Assembly (NCBI RefSeq): GCF_963921235.1
Contig: NC_086097.1
Span: forward strand, 40,178,001-40,242,000
Reading direction: 5' to 3'
Source: Mobula hypostoma
Taxonomy: Eukaryota
DNA length: 64,000 nt
A program made the translations under genes and the position numbers. Below are positions 44,276 to 56,879 of the stretch, in pieces (within the stretch, counting starts at the first letter, position 1; every line of letters begins with the position of its first letter). The notes under the pieces were generated by a model, which was given only the letters and a program-made list of their open reading frames with translations, was not told where the DNA came from and searched no databases.

Positions 44276-47271
44276 AATGGTTGGGGGGTGGGAATCAAAT
44301 TAAAGAGGCTAGGAGAGAGGAGGTTAGTTCACAAATAGAGAAAGCTAGTAGACAGTGTGTGAGGGAGGATAGGCAGGGGACCAAGATCGGGAGCACTCAG
44401 ACCGAAGATGTAGGGGACAAGGAAGAAAAAGATAACAAAGTTGTTTGCTCCATTAAGGATAAAAAGAGAGTAAGAGGTGGAGAGTTTCTTAAATGCATCT
44501 ATTTTAATGCTAGGAGCATTGTAAGAAAGGTGGACGAGCTTAGAGCATGGATTGATACCTGGAAATATGATGTTGTAGCTATTAGTGAAACGTGGTTGCA
44601 GGAGGGGTGTGATTGGCAACTAAATATTCCAGGATTTTGTTGCTTCAGGTGTGATAGAATAGGAGGGGCAAGAGGGGGAGGCGTTGCATTGCTTATCAGA
44701 GAAAATATAACAGCGGTCCTCTGGCAGGATAGATTAGTGGACTCGTCTAGGGAGGCTATTTGGGTGGAATTGAGGAATAGGAAAGGTGTAGTGATGCTTA
44801 TAGGGGTGTATTATAGACCACCTAATGGGGACCGAGAACTGGAGGAGCAAATTTGTAAGGAGATAGCAGATATTTGTAGTTAGCACAAGGTTGTGATTGT
44901 GGGAGTGGGAGATTTTAATTTTCCACACATAGACTGGGAAGCCCATTCTGTAAAAGGGCTGGATGGTCAGGAGTTTGTAAAGTGTGTGCAAGGTAGTTTT
45001 TTGCAGCAATACATAGAGGTACCAACTAGGGAAGGGGCAGTGTTGGATCTCCCGTTAGGGAATGAGATAAGGCAGGTGATGGAGGTATGTGTTCGGGTCC
45101 AGTGATCAGAATATCATTAGTTTCAATATAATTATGGAGAAGGATAGGACTGGACCCAGGGTTGAGATTTTTGAATGGAGAAAGGCTAACTTTGAGGAGA
45201 TGCGAAAGAATTTAGAAGGAGTAGATTGGGACAATTAGTTTTATGGGAAGGATGTAATAGAGAAACGGAGGTCATTTAAAGGTGAAATTTTGAGGGTACA
45301 GGATCTTTATGTTCCTGTTAGGTTGAAAGGAAAGGTTAAAAGTTTGAGAGAGCCATGGTTTTCAAGGGATATAGGAAATCTGGTTCGGAAAAAGAGAGGG
45401 ATTTACAATAAATATAGGCAGCTTGGAGTTAATGAGATGCTCAAGGAATATAAAGAATGTAAAAAGAATCTTAAGAAAGAAATTAGAAAAGCTAAAAGAA
45501 GATACGAGGCAGCTTTAGCAAGTAAGGTGAAAATAAATCCAAAAGGTTTCTACAGTTATATAAATAGCAAAAGGATAGTAAGGGATAAAATTGGCCTCTT
45601 AGAAAATCAAAGTGGACGACTATGTGCGGAGCCAAAAGAGTTGGGGGAGATTTTGAACAATTTCTTTTCTTCGGTATTCACAAAGGAGGAGGATATTGAA
45701 TTGTGTGAGGTAAAGGAAACAAGAAGGGTAGTTATGGAAAGTATGACGATTAAAGAAGAGGAAGTACTGGCGCTTTTAAAGAATATAAAAGTGGATAAGT
45801 CTCCGGGTCCGGACAAGATATTCCCTAGGACCTTGAGGGAAGTTAATGTGGAAATAGCAGGGGCTCTGACAGAAATATTTCAAATGTCATTAGAAATGGG
45901 GATGGTGCCGGACGATTGGCGTATTGCTCATGTGGTTCCATTGTTTAAAAAGGGTTCTAAGAGTAAACCTAGCAATTATCGGCCTGTGAGTTTGACGTCA
46001 GTGGTGGGTAAATTGATGGAAAGTATTCTTAGAGATGGTATATATAATTAACTGGATAGACAGGGTCTGATTAGGAACAGGCAACATGGATTTGTGCGTG
46101 GAAGGTCATGTTTGACAAATCTTATTGAATTTTTTGATGAGGTTACTGGGAAAGTTGACGAGGGTAAAGCGGTGGATGTTGTCTATGTGGACTTCAGTAA
46201 AACCTTTGACAAGGTTCCACATGGAAGGTTAGTTAGGAAGGTTCAATCATTAATATTGAAGTAGTAAAATGGATTCAGCAGTGGCTGGGTGGGAGACGCC
46301 AGAGAGCAGAGGTGGATAACTGTGTGTCAGATTGGAAGACAGTGTGTAGCGGTGTGCCTCATGGATCTGTACTGAGTCCAGTGTTGTTTGTCATATATAT
46401 TAATGATTTGGATGATGGGGCGGTAAATTGGATTACTAAGTATGCAGATGATACTAAGATAGGTGGCGTTGTGGATAATGAAGTAGGTTTTCAAAGCTTG
46501 CAGAGAGATTTAGGCCAGTTATAAAAGTGGGCTGAAAGGTGGCAGATGGAGTTTAATGCTGAAAAATGTGAGGTGCCACATTTTGGTAGGACTAATCAAA
46601 ATAGGACATAGATGTAAATGGTAGGGTATTGAAGAATGCTGTAGAACAGAGGGATCTAGGAATAATAGTGCATAGTTCCCTGAAGGTGGAATCTCATGTG
46701 GATATGGTGGTGAAGAAAGCTTTTGGTATACTGGCCTTTATTAATCAGAGCATTGAGTATAGGAGTTGGGATATAATGTTGAAAATTGTATAAGGCATTG
46801 GTAAGCCCAAATTTGGAGTATTATGTACAGTTCTGGTCACTGAATTATAGGAAAGGTGTCAATAAAATTGAGAGAGTACAGAGGAGGTTTGCTAAAATGT
46901 TGCCTGGGTTTCATCTCCTAAGTTACAGAGAAAGGTTGAACAAGTTAGGTCTTTATTCTTTGGAGCGTAGAAGGTTGACAGGGGACTTGATAGAGGTGTT
47001 TAAAATTATGAGGAGGATTGATAGAGTTGACATGGATAGGCTTTTTCGATCGAGAGTGGGGGAGATTCAAACAAGAGGACATGAGTTGAGAGTTAAAGGG
47101 AAAAAGTTTAGGGGTAACATGAGGGGGAACTTCTTTACTCAGAGAGTGGTAGCTGTGTGGAACGAGCTTCCAGCAGAAGTGGTTGATGAAGGTTCGATGT
47201 TGTTATTTAAAGTTAAATTGGACAGGAAGGGAATGGAGTGTTATGGACCGAGTGCAGGTCGGTGGGACTAG
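44266..47271 (+). pseudogene. CR1 ORF2: APE endonuclease plus reverse transcriptase; disrupted
   Basis: IYFNARSI, YDVVAISETWL, YYRPPN, GDFNFP, KSPGPD, NYRPVSLTS, KYADDTK, C-terminal WNELP; several stops and frameshifts. Confidence 0.94.
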
Positions 47272-48808
47272 GTGAGACTAGGAGTTTGGCACGGACTAGA
47301 AGGGCCAAGATGGCCTGTTTCCATGCTGTAATTGTTATATGGTTATATGGTTAAAATATTTAAAGCAAAAACACTTCCCCAGAAGTTTTGGGCTGCAGCT
47401 TTCTAGGAATGATGCTGGGGAATCCCAGGTAGATCAGTTTCCACCACTGGAATTTGAGGCCAGTTGTCCAGTAAAGTCAGCACCTGTCACTCATGAGGGA
47501 CTGGACTCACAGGTGGAACCTGGGATTCTGGGAATTTCTTCAATGTGACAAGCAGTTCCCTTGTGAATCACCAGCCACCGTCAGCACAACACAGTCCAAT
47601 TTCTTCATAATGAACAGACGTCTAGAGCCAGAGGTCTAAATTTGTTGAAGATGCTGAAACTGAACAAAATAATTCTAACATTTTACAATCTGATTTTACA
47701 ATTCAGTTATTTTTCGGATCTGTACATGGTTGCACTATTTTCTAATTTTATAATTTCTTCCAGACTTTCAGTTTTCCCAAGGTATTTCTATTAATCCACT
47801 TGTGCATTTTCTATTTTCCCAATATTTTTATTATTAATTTTACATTTAAGAATACAGAGCACAAGAAAAAAAAAATCAATGCATTATACTAAATCGCATA
47901 TCAAGACCCTATATTCATATAGATTAATTAATTTGTAACATTGAAATATAGTAACTTTATTATATTAAGAAAATCTAACTCACTACCAAGACCGAAGCTG
48001 ATTAGTAAAGAAAAAAAGGGGGAAAAAATTATTAGTCATCATCTGTCCTTTAACGGCAAATTAAATGTTTTGAAAATAATTCCAAAATAGTCCCCACAAT
48101 GTTTGAAAATCTTGACTAGATTCAGAGATTGAACATCGAATCTTCTCTAAATTTAAACATGACATCATATCACGTAACCATTGAGCGTGAATAAGAGGGG
48201 CCGCATCTTTCCATTTAAGCAAGAGCGTCCTTCTGGCTAGAAGAGAAATAAAAGCCAAAATGTGCAAATCAGATGGCTCCAAAATAATATCCTTTCCTCC
48301 AACAATACCAAATAAAGCGGTCAAAGGATTTAACGTTAAGGTTTACTTTGAAAAGTATCGAGAAAGTTTGAAATACTTCTTTCCAATATTTTCCCAGACT
48401 CGGACATGTCCAAATCTTATGAATGAGTGAAGCTTCTCCATTATTATATTTATCACAATATGGAGATATATCTACATAAAAACGAGACAACTTATCCTTG
48501 GTCATATGGGCCCTATGGACAACTTTAAATTGAAGGAGAGAGTGGCGGGTGCATAACGAAGAAGTGTTGACCAATTTAAAAATTTGGTTCCAAGTTTCCT
48601 CAGAAATTGAAGTCTGTAAATCTTGTTCCCAAAGATTTTTAATTTTATCTAAAGGAACACTTCTCATTCCCAGCAGCATATTATAAATATTAGATATAAA
48701 TCCATTATAAAAAGGTTTCAAATTAAAAATTACATCTAATAGGTTCTTATCAGGACTTTTGAGAAATATACTCATTTGAGACCGTAAAAAATCTCTTATT
48801 TGTAGGTA

Positions 48809-50043
48809 CAGCTTTCCCCTGCTATCCGAAGGTAGAGCATTCCTATGAAATGGTTCATAAGCCGGAATGTCAAAAAGTGAATAAGCAATTTTTGAGCGTT
48901 CCCAGACCCAAAAAATAACCTATAATATCGTGCCAAATAACACATAAAACCTAAAATAGCAGTAACATATAGTAAAAGCAGGAATGATATGATAAATACA
49001 CAGCCTATATAAAGTAGAAATACTTTTCTGCAGCACTGTCTAGCGCAGTGAAATCTCACGGCAGCACTCTAGGCGCAAGCGCTCTCGGCAGAAACACTCT
49101 CTCCAGTAACCTTTAAGCTATGAAGCTGCCAGATCATACCAAATAACAGATAAAAATATACAGCCTATATAAAGCAGAAATAATGTATGTACAGTGTAGT
49201 TTCACTTACCGGAATCGGGAAGACTCAAATAAATTGCAATTTCTTCACAGTTAAACACTTGCTTATATGAATAACCAGCTTCTGTAATTAGTTTCTTCAG
49301 TTCTGCTGGGAACTTTTCGGCAGCTTCAGTATCAGTCAAAGCACTCTCTCTGGTAAACGTTAAACTATGAAGCTGCTCTCGCCTCAGAAACCGATCAAAC
49401 CACCCATGACTACCTTTAAATTCCGCTTTCGCAACACTTTCATCACCATTGTCCAGTGCTTTCTGTTTCAGCTTATTAAAAAGACTGACTGATTTCTCCT
49501 TAAGTATAACAAAACTTAACGGAACCCAACGCTTCGTACACCCATCAATCCACTCAAACAATAGACTTTCCACTTTATCGATTATTGGATGCTGACTAAG
49601 AGAGACGACTTTGCGACGAGCAGAACCAACAGTAACATGGGCAGCTTTCAAAATTCTTTCTGTCTGCGTATAAATAGTGTGAATAGTGGATGCAGGCAAG
49701 TTCAACGCGCGGACAATGTCCTTACTTCGTTCACCACGGTCGAAACACTTAATTAGTTCCAGTTTTACGCTAAGTGTAACACCCTTACGAGCTCTTTTAG
49801 GCTTTTCCGATACCTTAGAACTCCTCTTGCTAACGGATGCACAAAATAAATTGAGATAACGCACCCGTTTAAGCAATGGCAGCTAGAATGCAGTTCCGGG
49901 GGAGGAGCTTGGCTGTTCGGGCGCGCGCTAACAGTTTCGTAACAGTGAAAACATATTCTATTAGCGAAAACAGGTAACTAATGTAGGTCTTTCGTAACAG
50001 CGAGTTGTCGTAAAGCGAATGTTCGGAAAACGGGGGCCACCTG
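48809..50043 (-). mobile_element. Tigger/pogo-family DNA transposon, internally deleted (1235 bp)
   Basis: TA TSD at 48807-48808 and 50044-50045; imperfect 22-bp TIRs CAGCTTTCCCCTGCTATCCGAA / CAGGTGGCCCCCGTTTTCCGAA (16/22); L1 is contiguous across it. Confidence 0.93.
49202..49876 (-). pseudogene. Truncated Tigger transposase: HTH-psq and CENP-B-type HTH, DDE domain deleted
   Basis: RKGVTLSVKLELIK...LNLPASTIHTI; VESLLFEWID; FKGSHGWFDRFLRR; stops just after QVFNCEE (family consensus FNxDET); the frame starts at TTG. Confidence 0.88.
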
Positions 50044-52852
50044 TATCAAAAAAAAATGAGTTTTAGGTAAACTATATTTAGTTGACAGTTGTTCAAATGA
50101 AAAGAGACTTCCTTCTACAAACAAGTCCTGAAAGCATTTAATACCTAATCTATCCCATTCTTTAAAAGCCACATCAATCATAGAGGGTTTAAAAAAAATT
50201 AGAAAAAATTGGACTCGAAAGAGAAAATCTCATAAACCAAAGTATTCTCAGAATTGTATCCAAATTCTCATGGTGTGTTTAACTACCAGATTATCGGTTA
50301 CCTTACTCAGAGACAAAGGAAGTGAGGACCCAAGAATAGAAATAATAGAAAATGTATTGACAGAGTTAGCTTCTAAAATAACTCACATCGGGCAATCCTC
50401 ATGGTTAATGTAATATAACCAAAATGTAAGATTTCTTATATTAACTGCCCAATAATAAAATCTAAAGTTTGGTAAGGCTAATCCTCCATTCCTTTATCTT
50501 TCTGAAGATGAATTTTATTTAATCTAGAACGCTAATTCTTCCATATATAAGAAGATATATAAAAGAGTCAAGAGAATCAAAGAAAGATTTAGGAATAAAA
50601 ACAGGCAATGCCTGAAAAAGATATATAAATTTAGGTAATATATTCATTTTAATAGTTAATTTGGCCAATTAGCAATAACGAAAGAGGCGACCAATTTGAT
50701 GGTGTCTTTTTTATGTGATTCAATAGGGTAAGAAAATCTTCTTTAACTAGACGCTTATAATTTTTAGTAATTGTTACACCTAAGTAGGTAAATTGGTTTC
50801 TCACAATTTTAAAAGGAGGGTTAGAATTTGTTGGTATCAAATTATTCAAATGGAAAAGTTCACTTTTATGTAGGTTTAATTTATAACCTGAGAACTGGCT
50901 AAAACAGGAGAGTAAAGAAAGCACATGTGGAAATGAAGTCTCAACAGTAGAAATAAATAAAAGCAGATCATCAGCGTACAGTGAGGCTTTGTGAATAATG
51001 TCTCTCCTTAAAATACGGGTGATATCATTAGATCCTCGAAAGGCAATAGCTAAAGGTTCTAAGGCCAGATCAAAAAGCAAAGGACTCAACGGGCAGGCTT
51101 GACTAGTGCCATGTTGAAGCTTAAATGGTTTGGAATTATGAGAATTAGTGATAACCCTAGCAGAAGGAGCTAATTAAAGTAATTTAATCCATTGAATGAA
51201 TAAGGGTCCAAAATTGAATTTTCTAAAGTTCCAAATAAATAATTCCATTCAACTCTGTTGAAAGCTTTCTCAGCATCTAGGGATATCACACATTCCGATA
51301 TCATGTTAGAAGGAGAATAAATAACATTTAATAATGGACAAATATTCAAGTGAGAATATCGATTTTTGATAAGTCCAGTTTGGTTATTGGAAATGACAAG
51401 TGGTAAAATATTTTCAATCCTTTAGATAGGATCTTAGTATTAACATTAAGTAAAGAAATTGGTCTATAAAAAGAGCTTTCAATTGGATCCTTATTCTTTT
51501 TTAAGGATAAGCGAAATGGAAGCCTCATAAAAAGATTGACGGAGTCTGCCCAACTTGAACAAATCTGAAGAAACTGAACATAAATGACGTATAAGCAGTG
51601 AGGAAAAGATCTTGTAAAACTCTCCAGAAAATCCATCTGGACCCGGAGCTTTCGTCAAATGTAATGAGCGCACAGCCTCAACAATTTCCTCAAAAGAAAT
51701 AGGTTGTTCCAACAACTTTCTGTTGTCGGCAGAAATGTTTAGTTGGTCTAAAAAATTGTTCATTACAGTGTTATCCTTAGAAGATTCAGAACTTAGAGCT
51801 TAGAATAAAATTCTCTAGAAGTATCATTTATTTCTAAATAATCAGTTGTCCTATCACCATTAGATTTGCATATTTCTTTAATCTGCTGTTTAGCTATGAA
51901 GGTTTTAATTTGATCAGCCAATAATTTACCTGTTTTATCTCCATGAATTTAAAATTGACTTTTATCTTTTAGGAGTTGGGTTTCAATTGGATAGGTTAAA
52001 AAGAGATCATATTTAGTTTTAGTTTCAACACGTCTTTTATATAAGGCAGGTTCTGGAGCCAAGGCATATTCTTGGTCTAATTGTTTCAGCTGATTAGCTA
52101 AATCACTTCTCTCTTTATTAGCTTTTTTCTTAATGCTTGCAGTATAAGAAATAATTTGTCCTCTAATATATACCTTAAAGGCATCCCATCTGATAAAACT
52201 AGAAGTCTCCTCTGACGTATTCTCTTCAAAAAATAAGTTATTTGTCGCTCCATAAACTTTAAAAAATCTTTATCAGATAACAAAGTTAAATTAAATTGCC
52301 AGAACCTATTTATTTGAAGAAGACCAGGGAGATTTAAAGATAGGAGCACGGGAGCGTGATCTGAGACAGCAATCTCTTTATATTCACAAGATCAAACTGA
52401 TGGAATCATTTGGCTATCAATAAAAAAAAATCAGTCCTGGAATATGTATGATGGACATGAGAGAAAAACGAATATTCCTTGTCTACTGAATGAAAAAAAC
52501 ACCAAACATCAACAATACCACATTTCATTAAAAAAGATTTAATAAACACAGCTGATTTATCTGGTATCATTAGTTTAGAAGATGAATGATCTAAAGCTGG
52601 ATCTAAGCAACAATTAAAGTCTTCACCCATCACCAGTGAGTACAGACTTGGATCTGGCAAAAATGAAAAAAAAAACGCTCAAAGAAACCTGGGTCATCTA
52701 TATTCGGAGCCTACACATTGGCAAATACCATTAGTTTGTAACTTAGTTTCCCTGATACTATAACAAAATGCCCATCAGTATCAGAACTTACTTTATGTTG
52801 AACAGAGGGAACTTTATTATCTATAAGGATCGAAACCCCTCCGGCTTTGGCC

Positions 52853-53833
52853 TCTGTTCTGGAACCCGTTCTCTTTGTGATGTTTAGAAATGACCTAAAT
52901 GAGGAAGTGGAGGGATGGGTTAATAAATTTGCTGATGACGCGAAGGTTGGAGGTGTTGTGGATAGTGTGGAGGACTGTCAGAGGTTACAGCAGGACATTG
53001 ATAAACTGGGCTGAGAAGTGGCAGATGGAGTTCAACCCAGATAAGTGTGAGGTGGTTCAGTTTGGTAGGTCAACTATGATGGCAGAGTATAATATTAATG
53101 GTAAGACTCTTGGCAGTGTGGAGGATCAGAGGAATTTTGGGGTCCATGTCCATAAGACACTCAAAGCTGTTGTGTAGGTTGACTGTGTGGTTAAGAAGGC
53201 ATATGGTGCATTGGCCTTCATCAACTGTGGGATTGAGTTTGAGAGCCAAGAGGTAATGTTATAGCTGTATAGGACCCTTGTCAGACCCCACATGGAGTAC
53301 TGTGCTCAGTTCTGGTCACCTCTCCATAGGAAGGATGTGGAAACTATAGAAAGGGTGCAGAGGATATTTACAAGGATGTTGCCTGGATTGGGGGGCATGC
53401 CTTATGAGAATAGGTTGAGTGAACTTGGCCTTTCCTCCTTGGAGCAACAGTGGATGAGAGGTGACCTGATAGAGGTGTGCAAGATGATGAGAGGCATTGA
53501 TCATGTGGATAGTCAGAGGCTTTTCCCCAGGGCGAAAATGGCTAGCATGAGAGGGCACAGTTTTAAGGTGCTTGCAAGTAGGTACAGAGGAGATGTCAGG
53601 GGTAAGTTTTTTATGCAGAGAGTGGTGAGTGCGTGGAATGGGCTGCCGGCGACGGTGGTGGAGGCAGATGCAATAGGGTCTTTTAAGAGACTCCTTGACA
53701 GGTACATGGAGCCAAGAAAAATAGAAGACTATGGGTAAGCCTAGGTAGTTCTAAGTTAAGTACATGTCCGGCACAGCATTGTGGGCCGAAGGGCCGATAT
53801 TGTGCTGTAGGCTTTCTTTGTTTCAATGTTTCT
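52853..53833 (+). mobile_element. 5'-truncated CR1
   Basis: WAEKWQMEFNPDKCEV; EYCAQFWSP...RVVSAWNGLP; TTTCTATG-like tail. Confidence 0.94.
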
Positions 53834-54084
53834 AATTTCATTTTGTTACTCTAGATCAACACATTTATAGATATTAGGTAAATTGATACAGAATAGTTTT
53901 GTCTTACATAAGTTATAATAAATTTATGCCAGTTGTGATTATTCCTTGCACCTTATCTTATGAGTATCAGATGGTCAATGTCCAAACCAGAGTTTCTTAA
54001 ATTAGTTTCTGCATGAGACATCTGCATGAGGCAGAGGCATCTTTCTCTGCTCTGTGTTTACATGAGCCTCCATTCTAATTTTTT

Positions 54085-54500
54085 GAGAATAAAACACATT
54101 TACAGAGAAGCCTCTCAAGACCTTGGAAAATGCCAAAATCCTTTATAACCGGCGGAGACATGGTATTGATATGAGTAAGAAAGGTAGAAAAATGATGCAC
54201 AGCTACTTCATCCACAACTGCGTGAGTTGCCAAGAGATCTGCTTTAGTGATATTGTCTCAGGGACAACAGCACACAGGGCAAAAAGGGTAAGTCCCCACT
54301 GACCTTCAGAACTGCATAATGTTATTCTTCATATATGAGTGTGGGTGGTTAGATTGCTGGTTTAACATCATATTCAAAAGACAACCTCTGATGTTGCAGT
54401 GCTCCTTCAGTACTGCACTGAAGAGCCAGAAGTGATTTCTAAGTTCAGACCTCCAAAGTAGTATTGAACCTGCAGTCTTCTGAATTAAAAGAAAGAACGG
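54085..54500 (-). mobile_element. Ancient Deu-domain SINE relic (SacSINE1/AmnSINE1-like)
   Basis: TGCAGTGCTCCTTCAGTACTGCACTGAAG...TTGAACCTGCAGTCTTCTGA and flanking blocks follow the reverse complement of the DeuSINE consensus as I recall it. Confidence 0.6.
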
Positions 54501-55249
54501 GGGGAAATGAGTGAACCCTCTTGTCTCACTGCCCAAGCAGCTGAATGAGAGACTACCTGGGAGGAAATTTGCTGACTGGGGAGATAAACAATCTAAACAG
54601 CAGAATTGATTCAACAAGAATTGCAATCACATTGCAAGAGCATTAAAAATGGTAAGACTGTGACAGTTGATATTTTCTCTTTCCAATGACAGAGAGCCTT
54701 TGCTATGGTTATATGTCCCAAGGTGATTTACAGAAATGCTATCATGGCATGATATTTTTAGCCCCTCAAACTGAAAATATCATGAAATTACTGAGCAATA
54801 TGACAAATATTGCAGAACTGCTAAGTTTGTACTTGAAGTTATGCTCTGGAGGAATTACCAATATACCAAGACTCTTACAGTCTTTCGTGATCTAGAAGTT
54901 CTTATTCCTGCTGAATATTGTGTGTATTGTTCTGTATTACCACCATCTGAAGAATATCTTGTCTTTAAAATTACGAGAGAAGGAGAGTTGGACATGGGGC
55001 TAATAAACTCATTCAGTAAAAATCCAGAGTTATAGAAATGCCAACAGAAGCTCCTGGGAGAGGAAGTATCTTCATCTAGAAGATGTATGAAGCCATGTAT
55101 GAAGAGCGAAGCCACAGGGCCAATCAATCTTTGGCCCAGGACTGAGGACCCTGGCAGGCTGCTGTTAGACCTCTTTGCCCCAGCTGTGGTGATGAGTTTA
55201 AAAAAAAGAATTATTCAGTTCAGTTAGCTGAAGCATCTTGAAATTGGCA

Positions 55250-55405
55250 ACTCTAAAACAGCTTTTAGATAATGAAGTATTTTTGAACTGTGTTCATTAA
55301 TATAATGTAGGAGATGTGGGAACTGAATTTGTTACAGGAAATTCTGCAAACAGCAATGAAAGAATCACTTGATCATTACTCTTGTGATGCTTTAAAGGAT
55401 AACCA
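55250..55405 (-). mobile_element. Second Deu-type SINE 3' relic
   Basis: AATGAAGTATTTTTGAACTGTG...AATGTAGGAGATG...CAAACAGCAATG matches the recalled 3' part. Confidence 0.55.
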
Positions 55406-56062
55406 CTAACCTAAAGGGCTTGCGAACCAGGTTCTCTTTGTACGGAAGTATTACAGCACAACTTAATTGCTTTCCTCTGGCTATAGCAGCCATGTGAGCA
55501 TGCAGATATATTTGTCCTAATCTTTCATGTTATCACGAGTCTTTGCTTGTGATTTCACTTTAACCTTGTTTGTAGACTCGACTAGCTGAGACTTTGCCTA
55601 GGGACACATTCTGAAGCTCAGTGAGAATTTATTCCTTGCATCAGTGTATCAAGATTGGTGTTCAATAGCATACAGTTTTTGACCTCTTACATTAGAAAAG
55701 ATATGGAAACATTGGAAGCAGACCAAAGGAGACTCATTGCGTTAATTCCTGGGATAAGAAGAGAAGCTAAATAGTTTGGACCGTAATCCTTAAAATGTAG
55801 AAGAATTTTAAAGTTTAGTGGCTCTATGTAAACATATAGGATTCCAAGGAAGCTTGACAGAATGCTGGTAACATTATTTTTCTCTTTCCAGAGATGCTCC
55901 TGCACCTGCTGTGTATTTCTAGTAACAGAAGTGTTTCCTATCTCATAGTTTCAACAAATTCTTCTCTGCTCTTTCTTTTTCTCATTCATCTTTTTTTTTA
56001 CACCTCCTCCAGACAGATTAGGTGTGATTATCAAACCTTAATCACTCATTCTCACCACTACA

Positions 56063-56790
56063 ATTAGATAGTTAGATAAATACTTCATTGATCCCAACGG
56101 AAATTACAGTATCACAGTAGTGCACGGATATAAATATTAGAAGAGTAGAAAAGTTAAAAAATAAGTTATGACAAACAATCTAACCAGGAGGGGGGTCATC
56201 ACTTCCTTGGTTATAGGTTAACTCATTATGGAGCCTAATGGCCAAGGGTAAGAATAACCTCATAGAGCACTCTTTAGAGCAGTGCAGTTGTCTTAGTCTA
56301 TTACTAAGAGCGTTCCTCTGTTCAGCCAAGGTGGCATGCAGAGGATGAGAATTATTCTTCAGAATTACCAAGATCTTCCATAGGGTCCTTTGTTCTACCA
56401 CAGCATCCAGTGTATCCAGTTTGACTGCTACACCAGAGCCAGCCTTTCTAATCGGTTTATTGAGCCTGTTGGCATCACCTGAATTGGTGCCATTGCCCCA
56501 GAACACCACCACATAGGAGATAGCACTGGCAACAACAGACTGGTAGAACATGTGAAGGAGAGGCCTGCATACTCCAAAGGACATCAGTCTCCTCAGGAAA
56601 TAGAGGCGACTCTGGCCCTTCTTGTACACAGCTTCTTGTTGGTGTTCCACTCAAGTGTCTCAGCTAGGTGTACCCCCAGATACTTGTAAGACCTCACCAT
56701 CAATATTTGCGGGGAGCAGTGCGGGCTTGGTCTTCCTAAAGTCCATCACCATCTCCTTTGTCTTACTAATGTTACTTATATCATGGAGCT
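56063..56790 (-). mobile_element. Rex1/Babar-clade 3' fragment, a different subfamily
   Basis: KKGQSRLYFLRRLMSFGV...FYQSVVASAISY...WGNG...HPLH (56180-56650). Confidence 0.88.
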
Positions 56791-56879
56791 TCTCTTCATC
56801 TCCACACCATCATAGACATTCCCTTTGCTTTCTGCACCCCTCCCCTTTCCCCGCAGCTTAAATACTACATACTCAGGGC

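Larger units (their letters stand above)
43049..47350 (+). mobile_element. Full-length CR1 LINE (4.3 kb) with 7-bp TSD; best-preserved copy but not intact
   Basis: TTAAAAT at 43042-43048 and 47351-47357; 5' UTR, ORF1, ORF2 and a (GTTATATG)n tail. Confidence 0.96.
47823..52852 (-). mobile_element. L1-clade LINE, 5'-truncated within the endonuclease, interrupted by Tigger
   Basis: EN (GEDFNCCLDP, HHTYSRTDFF), RT (KAPGPDGFSGEFYK, YRPISLLN, SPLLFDLALEPLA, SLYADDLLLF), C-terminal LQFKVVHR...HKIWTCPSL; A-rich 3' end on the minus strand. Confidence 0.94.
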
